Origin: a virus
Lineage: Duplodnaviria > Heunggongvirae > Uroviricota > Caudoviricetes
DNA: 54,182 nucleotides
Virus record (IMG/VR): IMGVR_UViG_2585427735_000009
Strand: one strand, 5' to 3'
Position 1 is the first letter of the stretch, and each line of letters starts with the position of its first letter. The position numbers and the translations under genes were made by a program. Shown piece after piece: positions 20,761 to 28,788 of the stretch. The notes below the pieces were generated by a model, which searched no databases, was not told where the DNA came from, and was given only the letters and a program-made list of their open reading frames with translations.

Positions 20761-20968
20761 GACCGGCCTCCATGATGCTCTGGCAGTTCACACAACGGAT
20801 GGCATCCGGCACGGCAACCAGACGGGCGGCCGGAATGTCACCCCCGCAGTCTGCGCATACACGCCTGCCCGGAGTATCCTCCACCCGGCACTTACGTGTC
20901 AGCCGGTCACAAAGGGCGCGTTCTGTTGCCCGCTCCATGACTGCCTGAGCACAATCTGAATCATCCAT
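20741..20968 (-). CDS. TraR/DksA-family C4 zinc-finger protein
   Basis: ATG at 20968 (MDDSDCAQAVMER...) with AGGAAA RBS; motif CADCGGDIP...CVNC is the DksA/TraR zinc finger. Confidence 0.75.
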   Translation of the reverse strand: MDDSDCAQAVMERATERALCDRLTRKCRVEDTPGRRVCADCGGDIPAARLVAVPDAIRCVNCQSIMEAGHVDQHR

Positions 20969-20978
20969 ACCTTTTTCC

Positions 20979-21254
20979 TTACTTCGTCTTTCCTGCCGGA
21001 ACAGCAGACGTTCCGGCCATATCAGTAAATTCATGCTGTCGCCGTACCTCCAGACGGCGGATGCTGGCCTTGTCCACGTTGCAGTTCTTAATCACCGCCA
21101 GCAGTTGCAGGTTGTAAGTGACCGATGCGCCAAACGTGAACGGCTGCGGCACAGAAGGGACCAGACAGTCAGCCAGCCATTCAGCGGGGATCGGCACCGG
21201 CTTCACCGGCACGTATTTCACAGACGGCCCGCCGCACCCGGTCAGCCACATCAT
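20979..21254 (-). CDS. Rz1-like outer-membrane spanin lipoprotein
   Basis: ATG ATG at 21254 gives MMWLTGCGGPSVKYVPVKPVPIP...; lipobox LTGC, Pro-rich, overlaps 3' end of Rz-like gene in another frame. Confidence 0.6.
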   Translation of the reverse strand: MMWLTGCGGPSVKYVPVKPVPIPAEWLADCLVPSVPQPFTFGASVTYNLQLLAVIKNCNVDKASIRRLEVRRQHEFTDMAGTSAVPAGKTK

Positions 21255-21702
21255 CAGGCACAGGAACAGCGGCCGCAGGCACCGTTGCCAGCGACCGGCG
21301 GACAATGCTCTGCTGTTCCTCGCTGTGCTGCATGTTCTGCTGTTTTTCATTCGTGGCCGCCTTACTGATTTGTGAAATGAGTTGCAGGGTGCGTTGCTGG
21401 TTTGCCAGCACCAGACGGGCTTCGTCCCGTTCACGCACAAGCACATGATTATTGTCCTCAAGGCGCTGCGTCTTCTGGTGCATTCCCCATACCACGGCAG
21501 CCAGCACACTCATCACCCCCAGCGCCGCCATACAGCCTCCGGCAATCAGGGCTGGTAAGGGATTATTCACCGCAGCCACAGCACACCCCGCAGCACCACA
21601 ACAGCACACAGCAGCGCAATCATGAGCGGTCGCCAGAAACGGTTCAGACTTTCGGCAAGTCGTAACGACATAACCATTCATCCGCCGAACGGCGGGCCTC
21701 AA
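21181..21702 (-). CDS. Rz-like inner-membrane spanin (start uncertain)
   Basis: ORF-track frame starts at a non-ATG codon; hydrophobic N-terminal segment then coiled-coil region; true start probably an internal Met (about 21681 or 21531). Confidence 0.55.
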   Translation of the reverse strand: MRPAVRRMNGYVVTTCRKSEPFLATAHDCAAVCCCGAAGCAVAAVNNPLPALIAGGCMAALGVMSVLAAVVWGMHQKTQRLEDNNHVLVRERDEARLVLANQQRTLQLISQISKAATNEKQQNMQHSEEQQSIVRRSLATVPAAAVPVPDDVADRVRRAVCEIRAGEAGADPR

Positions 21703-22144
21703 GACCGGGGAGTTTCACCCCCTTTGAATAAATCCAGCGGATATACTGCTTACAGGACGCGGGCATCTGCCCGGCATTGATAAGGCGCAGGAGCGTGGAG
21801 TTGCGAAAGTTCGTTTCACCGGCCCAGAAAATCCAGGAGGCCAACGCCACCGTCTGACCACGGGTAAGCGGCACCTGAACATGACGATCGATAGCCGCAA
21901 AGGCCCATTTCATGTCCTTTTCCAGCAGCTCCAGACACTCTTCATCAGTTTTTGTCATCCCCGGTTTCACATCCGGGCCGGTATGGCCGTAACAGATGGT
22001 GGGGGTGCCGGTGGGATCAATGTACGTGGTGTTTTCTTTCCCTTCCCAGTAGCCGGTGTAGTGCGTGGCAATGGTGAACGTCCCGGCTCCGGCCAGAACA
22101 AGGGCAATCAGCTTTTTACGCAGGGGTGCGGGGAGTTTTGGCAT
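21644..22144 (-). CDS. SAR endolysin (T4-type lysozyme, GH24)
   Basis: 166 aa; N-terminal Gly/Ala-rich signal-anchor (LIALVLAGAGTFTIATHY) followed by lysozyme catalytic region (E...D...T spacing). Confidence 0.82.
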   Translation of the reverse strand: MPKLPAPLRKKLIALVLAGAGTFTIATHYTGYWEGKENTTYIDPTGTPTICYGHTGPDVKPGMTKTDEECLELLEKDMKWAFAAIDRHVQVPLTRGQTVALASWIFWAGETNFRNSTLLRLINAGQMPASCKQYIRWIYSKGVKLPGLEARRSADEWLCRYDLPKV

Positions 22145-22215
22145 TGTTACGCTGTCTCATGGTGTTCTCTGAGTCAGCGTAACCGTGGGAAAAAGTGGGC
22201 AGGATTTGCGGAATA

Positions 22216-22638
22216 TCAGAAAAGCCGGGGCTGCGTGCGTTCCTGATGCAGGCGGCGCTGGTTACGGATAACGGAGTAAATCTGCGTCTCTGACATCTGG
22301 TAGTGGCGGCGCAGGGGTTCAATTTTTTCGCCCTGGCTCCAGCGGGAAAAAATCTCATTATTGCGCAGTTCGGTGAAAAGGGATTCACCGACCGGGAGAT
22401 AATAACCACGCCCGCCCATGTACCCGGCCTGTGCGGCCGCAACTTTACGGGCAAGCATTCCCGCCTGAGCAGGTTCAATCCCCTGACGGTGCAGTTCAGC
22501 ACTGATCACATCAACCAGGTCCCGCAGCGTGCCGGGCCAGTTCTTTTTCAGCTCATCATCAGGAATATCATCCAGACGGTCAATCAGCGCGTGCAGCTGT
22601 TCGCTGTCACCAAACATGCTCATCTGTGTTTCAGCCAT
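22216..22638 (-). CDS. Mor/C-family transcriptional activator of middle/late genes
   Basis: 140-aa ORF between gemA-like gene and lysis genes; C-terminal HTH typical of Mu Mor/C family. Confidence 0.75.
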   Translation of the reverse strand: MAETQMSMFGDSEQLHALIDRLDDIPDDELKKNWPGTLRDLVDVISAELHRQGIEPAQAGMLARKVAAAQAGYMGGRGYYLPVGESLFTELRNNEIFSRWSQGEKIEPLRRHYQMSETQIYSVIRNQRRLHQERTQPRLF

Positions 22639-22708
22639 ACCCGCCTCCGGTCATCATTACACAGGGCAAGTTTAAAATAAAAATCCCGCGCTGTGGCGGG
22701 ATTTGGAG

Positions 22709-23221
22709 TTAACGGGGGAATGATTTTTCATACAGCCTGCAAACGCGCTCATAACTTATCACTGTACGCGCTGACATCCCCAGCACATCCAGCATTTTGC
22801 GGCGGTGCCAGCGTTTGAGACGCTCCAGCACATCAGAGGCCAGTGCGGGGTGTTGCTCCAGCCACTGCCAGTTAGCCACACCTTCACCGCCGTTCTGCGC
22901 GGCCGTCTGCGATTTCACCCAGCGGTTAATGGCGTTTTCCCCGCCATCAGCGATAAAGCCCTGCCGGTGCATCACTTTCCAGATGGCGCGAATTTTGGCG
23001 GTCACCGTCCCCGGTTTTAAGGCCCGGTTAACCGGCTTCTGACGCACTTTAAAACCGCGTTTTTTGAAAACATCCAGCACGCGGGATAACTCATCCGGTG
23101 ACATATCCCGGCAACTGGGTTTGCCGGTGGCTGCCAGTAGTACGGATGTGTAGGTCTCATGGTCAAGCTGTAGATCGCGTTTTGCGACATGTATTAAGGT
23201 AATCAGGGAAGCGCGATTCAT
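22709..23221 (-). CDS. gemA: GemA-like regulatory protein (Mu gp16-like)
   Basis: 170-aa ORF, position immediately upstream of mor/C; translation resembles Mu GemA family. Confidence 0.7.
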   Translation of the reverse strand: MNRASLITLIHVAKRDLQLDHETYTSVLLAATGKPSCRDMSPDELSRVLDVFKKRGFKVRQKPVNRALKPGTVTAKIRAIWKVMHRQGFIADGGENAINRWVKSQTAAQNGGEGVANWQWLEQHPALASDVLERLKRWHRRKMLDVLGMSARTVISYERVCRLYEKSFPR

Positions 23222-23285
23222 TATCGTGTCTCCGTAACAACAGGCGGCATGGCAACGCCGCCCGGATAAAACTAAAGGTATCGAT

Positions 23286-23696
23286 ATGAAAATAGATTAC
23301 GATGAAGTATTAAGTATTCTCACAACTTTTCAGGATGCTGAAACACCTTTCCTTACACTACAGGATCTGGGCATGGCTGAGGCAGAAGGAGAGGAAAAGG
23401 ATAAAAAAGTTTTTCATCTTATGCTTCTCGCTGATAATGGCTCAATTGTTAATGGTGATATGCAGTCAGAAACACCCAAATATATTGGTTTCTTTTTCCA
23501 TTCTCTGGGCGTTGGTTTCAGAAACACGCCCATTATGCTTACCCAGCAGGGGCATGATTTAGCTAACGCCCTGAGAAAAAAACCAATCCTTGAAAGAATC
23601 AAAAAGGAGTTTACAGACGCACCATTTGATCTAATTAAAGAAGTTACCAAATCAATGTTAACCAGGTTCGTCAAAGAACGTATTGGGATTGACTGA
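23286..23696 (+). CDS. Hypothetical protein, inverted AT-rich insert in early region
   Basis: 136-aa ORF on opposite strand to all flanking phage genes; visibly AT-rich; no recognisable motifs. Confidence 0.5.
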   Translation: MKIDYDEVLSILTTFQDAETPFLTLQDLGMAEAEGEEKDKKVFHLMLLADNGSIVNGDMQSETPKYIGFFFHSLGVGFRNTPIMLTQQGHDLANALRKKPILERIKKEFTDAPFDLIKEVTKSMLTRFVKERIGID

Positions 23697-23966
23697 ACAA
23701 CTTAATTCAGCCAGTAATCGCAGGGCGGCGACAGCCGCCTGCTTGTCACTTCTTTTAGCTATTTCCGCAAGAGTATGCACAATCCATAACGGACTTAACG
23801 CCACGGCTGAATCCAGAATCATGTCATCCATAATAATTTCTGGCATATCCCGCTTGTCACATTCTTTATCCATAAAAGAAACGAATTTCTCTGCATCTTC
23901 CGGTTTCATGCCTCCGGCGATAAGGATTTTGCGATATTCATAAGACGATCTTAATTCAATACTCAT
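23658..23966 (-). CDS. Hypothetical early-region protein
   Basis: 102-aa ORF; 3' end overlaps convergently with the plus-strand ORF. Confidence 0.4.
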   Translation of the reverse strand: MSIELRSSYEYRKILIAGGMKPEDAEKFVSFMDKECDKRDMPEIIMDDMILDSAVALSPLWIVHTLAEIAKRSDKQAAVAALRLLAELSCSVNPNTFFDEPG

Positions 23967-23981
23967 TATTCACCTGCCTGC

Positions 23982-24374
23982 TTAATCTGTTTCCAGTGCT
24001 TTGCTACGGGCTATAGCCTCACATTCAAAAAATACCGACTCCGGCACGCGCTCTTTTAATTCACGAACAAGGAAATCATTAACGCGTTCATGACGTCTTA
24101 TATTTCTTTCCTTTTCCTCCTGGCGCAATACAGCAAGGCGGTATTCAACAGCCCGGCGTTGTTTCTGAAAGACAGCCAGTGCTTTTCTGGCAGCATTACG
24201 CCATGCATCATCGCCACATGGTGCGTATTCAAGCTGAAATTTAATCTCTTCAATAGTTTCTTTGATTTTTGCCAGCAAGCTAAGACAGTCGCTTATTGTC
24301 TCCAGCTTTTCATTATCAATATAACTTCTCACGCATTCACCTCCCGTAATTCCGGTAAAGCCGAAATATGACAC
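23982..24374 (-). CDS. Hypothetical early-region protein
   Basis: 130-aa ORF in co-directional early gene block. Confidence 0.45.
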   Translation of the reverse strand: MSYFGFTGITGGECVRSYIDNEKLETISDCLSLLAKIKETIEEIKFQLEYAPCGDDAWRNAARKALAVFQKQRRAVEYRLAVLRQEEKERNIRRHERVNDFLVRELKERVPESVFFECEAIARSKALETD

Positions 24375-24658
24375 CAGTGCGTCACCTGTCCGTCTTCATC
24401 TTCAAGGCAGGCTCCGGTTTCTTCATCAACAAAAAAGCCTTCATACCCCATATGGCCGATGCGCAGCTCCTGACGGTGACCATACTGAACAATCAGCACG
24501 ACAGCCTCCATATCAGGTGGGAAAGCATCATTCAGTGAATGCCAGGGATAACCGCGTAAATCCCCGAAATAAACACCGGTCAGCGTTCCGCCACAGAGCG
24601 GCATTCCGGCGGCACACACAAGAGGTTCATCTGATTCAACAAATAAGGTCGTTATCAT
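24329..24658 (-). CDS. Hypothetical early-region protein
   Basis: 109-aa ORF; 4-nt overlap with upstream gene. Confidence 0.45.
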   Translation of the reverse strand: MITTLFVESDEPLVCAAGMPLCGGTLTGVYFGDLRGYPWHSLNDAFPPDMEAVVLIVQYGHRQELRIGHMGYEGFFVDEETGACLEDEDGQVTHWCHISALPELREVNA

Positions 24659-25206
24659 GGCGTTAACTCCCGTAATACAGCGTCCTCGGCAGTCCGGCGA
24701 CGGTAATAAACTGCGTGAGCAGAATGTTCAGATATTCCAAACTTTTCGCCAATTTCCCGGAATGACAGACGGCGTGGGTAATCGGAATCACGCAGCGCAC
24801 GTATAAGACGTACATCATCATCAGATATGCGCGTGCCGGGGCGTAACTCTCCGCACTTTGTTAATCCAGCACCAATCATTCCTGCCCGACATCTGACAGA
24901 ATCTTTATTACGTCCGAGATATTCTCCCATTTGCTGGCAGGTCATTGTTCTGGCATTTTTTCGAATAAACTTATCTTCATCAGGTGTAAATCTTGGGTGT
25001 TTATATTTCAGTAACTCCGGGTATGAACTGCGCAATACACCAGTCCGGTTATATACAGCCCAGACAGTTCTTTTTATTCTGGCAGCAATATCCTTAACCG
25101 GGGTGGATGAATAAAGCGCAATCAGTAGCGCATCTTCTTCAGGTGTCCACGCGCGGACATGAGCGGGTGTACGACCTTTTCGCCCCATGTGTTGTAAAAT
25201 CATCAT
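24655..25206 (-). CDS. Hypothetical protein with Myb/SANT-like helix-turn-helix repeats
   Basis: 183-aa ORF; repeated W/F-x-TP-(E/D)-ED motifs (RAWTPEEDALLIALY, RFTPDEDKFIRKN, ISDDDVRLIRAL) suggest tandem HTH repeats. Confidence 0.45.
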   Translation of the reverse strand: MMILQHMGRKGRTPAHVRAWTPEEDALLIALYSSTPVKDIAARIKRTVWAVYNRTGVLRSSYPELLKYKHPRFTPDEDKFIRKNARTMTCQQMGEYLGRNKDSVRCRAGMIGAGLTKCGELRPGTRISDDDVRLIRALRDSDYPRRLSFREIGEKFGISEHSAHAVYYRRRTAEDAVLRELTP

Positions 25207-25209
25207 ACA

Positions 25210-25725
25210 TCACCCCCTGACTCGCTTTTCGGCAGCATAAAACTCATCAGACAGAATTTCGGTCATTTTCCGTTTTGCGGAATCATCTTCGCACTGAAGA
25301 TAAATCACATTGTCAACGCAGAACCAGTTCACGGGACCATACAATATTGCTGAGAAGTCAATACCCAGCCAGAACAACAGGGCATCGGTTCTGGCATACG
25401 TGACGGGCGAATATTCACGCCACAGACTGTTCAGTTCATCAGAGGCAACACGCAGGGCTTTAGGGATACGTGATGTGCGCGGTGTGCAGCTCCAGCCATT
25501 CGACGCAGTCGGTTTTCGCCATAAGTCGCGATGAAAAGGATATTTGTCCTCCGTAAAACGCAGTCCCTTAAAACAAAAACCACTGATACTGAATTCAAAT
25601 ACCGACCGGCACGCAACATTCAGCACGGCCTCAAGGCGTTTCGCCTCATCTTTTACCGTCTGGCAGTCCTGCTGGTATTTTTGCCACGCAGCCAGCGCGG
25701 AAGGGTTTGATGTTTTAAAGAACAT
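25210..25725 (-). CDS. Hypothetical early-region protein
   Basis: 171-aa ORF in co-directional early block. Confidence 0.45.
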   Translation of the reverse strand: MFFKTSNPSALAAWQKYQQDCQTVKDEAKRLEAVLNVACRSVFEFSISGFCFKGLRFTEDKYPFHRDLWRKPTASNGWSCTPRTSRIPKALRVASDELNSLWREYSPVTYARTDALLFWLGIDFSAILYGPVNWFCVDNVIYLQCEDDSAKRKMTEILSDEFYAAEKRVRG

Positions 25726-26258
25726 TACGCCACCTCCGCAGATATCCCGGCAGGCGCTGCTGTCCGGTCAACAATCAGGTAGCGCAGAACACGCGCGGTG
25801 ATATTCCAGCCGCTTAAACCGCAGATGATGACACCCAGGCGAATGTCGATATACGCCATCACAAACTGGGGCACGCCTTCTTTCATGGCCTGCTCATCAA
25901 CTTCAGCCACCACATAAACGGTTTCACAGGTCAGAACGCCCTGAGCAAATTCCCACGCCATCGACGGAATATCATGCCCCTCAATCCATGGCAGGGATTT
26001 TCTGAAGCTGCACCACTGAACATCATCAGCCGCAGATTCCTGTCTGCATTTGCGACGAATCGGCTGCACCGGGCGGGGACGCGGAATATCATAAAAACCG
26101 TTACATTCCGTCAGCACCCCGGCATCAACCGCATCACGCAGAAAATAAACCATGGAGGATGGCGGCATATTCATTTTTTCAGCCAGTACGCCGCAGGTCA
26201 GACGCCCGTAAATACTCAGCCAGTTTTTAACCCCTTCAAGCACTTTTGCATCAATCAT
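25725..26258 (-). CDS. Hypothetical early-region protein
   Basis: 177-aa ORF, adjacent to next gene without gap. Confidence 0.45.
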   Translation of the reverse strand: MIDAKVLEGVKNWLSIYGRLTCGVLAEKMNMPPSSMVYFLRDAVDAGVLTECNGFYDIPRPRPVQPIRRKCRQESAADDVQWCSFRKSLPWIEGHDIPSMAWEFAQGVLTCETVYVVAEVDEQAMKEGVPQFVMAYIDIRLGVIICGLSGWNITARVLRYLIVDRTAAPAGISAEVA

Positions 26259-26261
26259 GAA

Positions 26262-26804
26262 TTATTCCTCCGTCAGCGCCACATATTCAGAATGTTTAAT
26301 TTCCTGGCATTCTTCAGGAATACATCCGTTTATTTCCCTGCCATAAGCGCCCACTTTAAACACCACGCACAGGGCATCACGGGAGAACGAAGGGGTCCAC
26401 CAGGAGTCCGTGTTAAACATGGAGGGGATTCTCATTACCCCCAGCTTTTCACAGAGCCAGACAAGGAAATCAGGACGCTTTCTTAACTCGCGTTCAGCGG
26501 CTTCAATCATTGCGGCAATCGCCGGTCCTTCAGGGCATGACTCATCAGGTCTGGCTATAAAGCACTGTCCGCCACCGATAAAAGCCACATCATCGCGCTT
26601 ACGCCAGCCCGCAGGCAGAGCACCGGCAAAATAAAACTCACTGATTCTGTCCATGGCGAACGGCTTTAAGCGCAATCCGGCAGCGCCTGTATTTTTCAGT
26701 AATGTCCGAAGAATACTGTTGCGTAGCGGTAAAACAGCCTGTTGATATTTGGTGAAATATTTATTTGTCTGCACACGGTCTAATTTGAAATAAAAATATG
26801 CCAT
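26262..26804 (-). CDS. Hypothetical early-region protein
   Basis: 180-aa ORF downstream of gam. Confidence 0.45.
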   Translation of the reverse strand: MAYFYFKLDRVQTNKYFTKYQQAVLPLRNSILRTLLKNTGAAGLRLKPFAMDRISEFYFAGALPAGWRKRDDVAFIGGGQCFIARPDESCPEGPAIAAMIEAAERELRKRPDFLVWLCEKLGVMRIPSMFNTDSWWTPSFSRDALCVVFKVGAYGREINGCIPEECQEIKHSEYVALTEE

Positions 26805-26901
26805 ATTTCCGATTCCTTATTTTCAGCTTTCAGGCGCAAGCAGTCCCCTGACGCGAGCGCCATAATTAAAATGAAGTGATATTTAAATAATTAATGCGGT
26901 G

Positions 26902-27432
26902 TTATTTATTCAGTCCGGCATCCTGTTCAAAAGGCTCGACATAAAAACTTTCAGCGCCTTTATTCACCTTTATACCGGCAATGCCTTTCACCGCATCCGG
27001 CTCCGCCAGGACGGCTTCCTTGTTCACTTCCTCTTTCGTGCGGATGAATCGCTCAAGCCCCATACGGCGCAGCGTGTCAATCACACCTTCCACATCACGG
27101 CTGACGCTGCATGATGGCGTTCCCAGCCGCCATGACACCGTTCCGGTGGTCAGATTGGCAGTTTTGGTTTTGCCGCCGTTCGTCAGCTCATCACGGTTGG
27201 TTTTACACCAGTCCTGAATCCCTTTAAAAAGCACTTTGATTTGCTTTTTAAGATTTTCAATCTGCGGCGTATAACGGGCGGTGATTTCTGCCACTTCATC
27301 ATTCATCGCCGTTTCCAGGCGCAGCGCCTCTCGCTGAATATCGCCCAGGGTGCGGATATCGCGGCTGACTTCTTCGCGGGTCTGCGGTGCGGCCTCGGCT
27401 ACAGCCTTTAATTTTGTAACGCGTTTTGCCAT
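26902..27432 (-). CDS. gam: Host-nuclease inhibitor protein Gam (Mu Gam-like)
   Basis: 176 aa; strong similarity to Mu Gam as recalled (..DIQREALRLETAMND.., WCKTNRDELTNGGKTKTANLTTGTVSWR, FIRTKEEVNKEA, PFEQDAG). Confidence 0.85.
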   Translation of the reverse strand: MAKRVTKLKAVAEAAPQTREEVSRDIRTLGDIQREALRLETAMNDEVAEITARYTPQIENLKKQIKVLFKGIQDWCKTNRDELTNGGKTKTANLTTGTVSWRLGTPSCSVSRDVEGVIDTLRRMGLERFIRTKEEVNKEAVLAEPDAVKGIAGIKVNKGAESFYVEPFEQDAGLNK

Positions 27433-27443
27433 TTTGTTTTTCC

Positions 27444-27737
27444 TTATTGCAATGTATCTGGTGCGTTCTGCAAGGAGCGGCGCTCAATGCTGCTTTTCAC
27501 CCCCAGAGCCTGCATGGAACCCTGAAGTTCATCTGTCAGAAACTGAATAATTGTGGGGCTGTGATATTTAAGAATTTGCGCATAAACATCACATGGGCCT
27601 GTCGGTCTGTTCTCCGTATCACGTTCGATTTTTACAGTGGCAGTAACCCCCTCCGTGATTTCCTGACTATCATTACCGGCTGGCTTTACTTCATGCATTA
27701 CGTGGTTAAATTCAAAAATAACGCGTACTTTGCTCAT
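27444..27737 (-). CDS. Hypothetical small early protein (paralog A)
   Basis: Internal start MSKVRVIFEFNHVMHEV...; N-terminus similar to the adjacent upstream gene. Confidence 0.4.
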   Translation of the reverse strand: MSKVRVIFEFNHVMHEVKPAGNDSQEITEGVTATVKIERDTENRPTGPCDVYAQILKYHSPTIIQFLTDELQGSMQALGVKSSIERRSLQNAPDTLQ

Positions 27738-27741
27738 GGAA

Positions 27742-28014
27742 TTACCCCTGCTGATTAAATTCATTACCGTTAATAACCCCGGAAGCCATGCCCCTGTCTT
27801 TCATGAATGCACTGGCTTTCATTGCCACAAGCTCTGCGAAGTTTCTGCTTTCCGCGAGCATAACCACCCCAAAAATCATGGCGGGTCCATCACCTTTCTG
27901 CTTTATCCCGGTTGAACGTATGTCCAGACTTACCCCCATGCGCACTGTTCCATCAGCGTTTTTATGGATAACGTGCTCCTTATATTCGAAAATAATGTGT
28001 ACGACTTTACTCAT
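27742..28014 (-). CDS. Hypothetical small early protein (paralog B)
   Basis: 90 aa, MSKVVHIIFEYKEHVIHK...; N-terminal similarity to neighbour. Confidence 0.4.
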   Translation of the reverse strand: MSKVVHIIFEYKEHVIHKNADGTVRMGVSLDIRSTGIKQKGDGPAMIFGVVMLAESRNFAELVAMKASAFMKDRGMASGVINGNEFNQQG

Positions 28015-28292
28015 CCTCTGGTCCTCGTTCTGTTTGGATAACTGACCCGGCGTCTGACCTCACGGCAGAACCGAATCATGGCATTAAAGGCTTCTTCCTC
28101 CGTCACCGCTTCCGGTATCCCCGGAACCAGTAACTGCTCCTGTTCATCACGTCCATGACGCGCCATAACCTCAATCACATGCCGTACCGTGGCAGGCTTT
28201 CCGGCAACTATCGGCAATGCACCTTCCGGCAGGACGTAACCAAACTCAATAAGACCACTCGACCACGCCCATGCAATGAGATTTTTTTTCAC
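28011..28292 (-). CDS. Hypothetical small early protein
   Basis: 93-aa ORF, 4-nt overlap with downstream gene. Confidence 0.4.
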   Translation of the reverse strand: MKKNLIAWAWSSGLIEFGYVLPEGALPIVAGKPATVRHVIEVMARHGRDEQEQLLVPGIPEAVTEEEAFNAMIRFCREVRRRVSYPNRTRTRG

Positions 28293-28293
28293 C

Positions 28294-28560
28294 TCACACC
28301 TCCCAGTAAACCGTGCAGCCGCTGATGCGGGTGGCCTTCACACGGCGGCGCAGGCCGTTGGTCTGTATGGTGATTTCAATTTCACCGGTTCCCTGCACGT
28401 TGCCTACCGGCGGCGTGGTTTTCAGTGCAAAACGTTGCGGATAGCGCTTACTGCGTTCCAGTACCGCACCGGCAAGTTCGGTCAGACGGCGCGCGCTGTT
28501 CAGGGAGTCGAATAAATTCATTTTGTTACCGCAGGATTGCATATTCATATAACACCTCAT
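28294..28560 (-). CDS. Hypothetical small early protein
   Basis: 88-aa ORF, tightly packed in operon. Confidence 0.4.
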   Translation of the reverse strand: MRCYMNMQSCGNKMNLFDSLNSARRLTELAGAVLERSKRYPQRFALKTTPPVGNVQGTGEIEITIQTNGLRRRVKATRISGCTVYWEV

Positions 28561-28788
28561 TTAGCTGACTTGTTTCGCACCAACAGAACGGCATATTCCG
28601 CTGTAAACTTCTGTCGCACCTTCGCGATCAAGTCCGGCAGATATCACCATTCGTGTGCGGTCATTAAATTCAAAAAGTAAATCGCCACATTCTTTATTTT
28701 CGGCCAGTGAAATCACCTTCACGTTATCGAAATTAACCAGGTAAAAGCGTCCGTAAATATCAGGAATATTAAATACCGCCATAATCAC
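28561..28788 (-). CDS. Hypothetical small early protein
   Basis: 75-aa ORF immediately downstream of B. Confidence 0.4.
   Translation of the reverse strand: MIMAVFNIPDIYGRFYLVNFDNVKVISLAENKECGDLLFEFNDRTRMVISAGLDREGATEVYSGICRSVGAKQVS

Noticed and set aside
20979-21509. 176-aa ORF spanning the Rz region
   Set aside because: Only the C-terminal 91 codons (from MMWLTGC) look like a real gene (Rz1 lipoprotein); the upstream part is the alternative frame of Rz.
23237-23256. Hairpin GGCGGC-ATGGCAAC-GCCGCC between gemA start and the inverted insert gene
   Set aside because: Short stem with no clear U-tract in either orientation; kept as unconfirmed rather than called a terminator.
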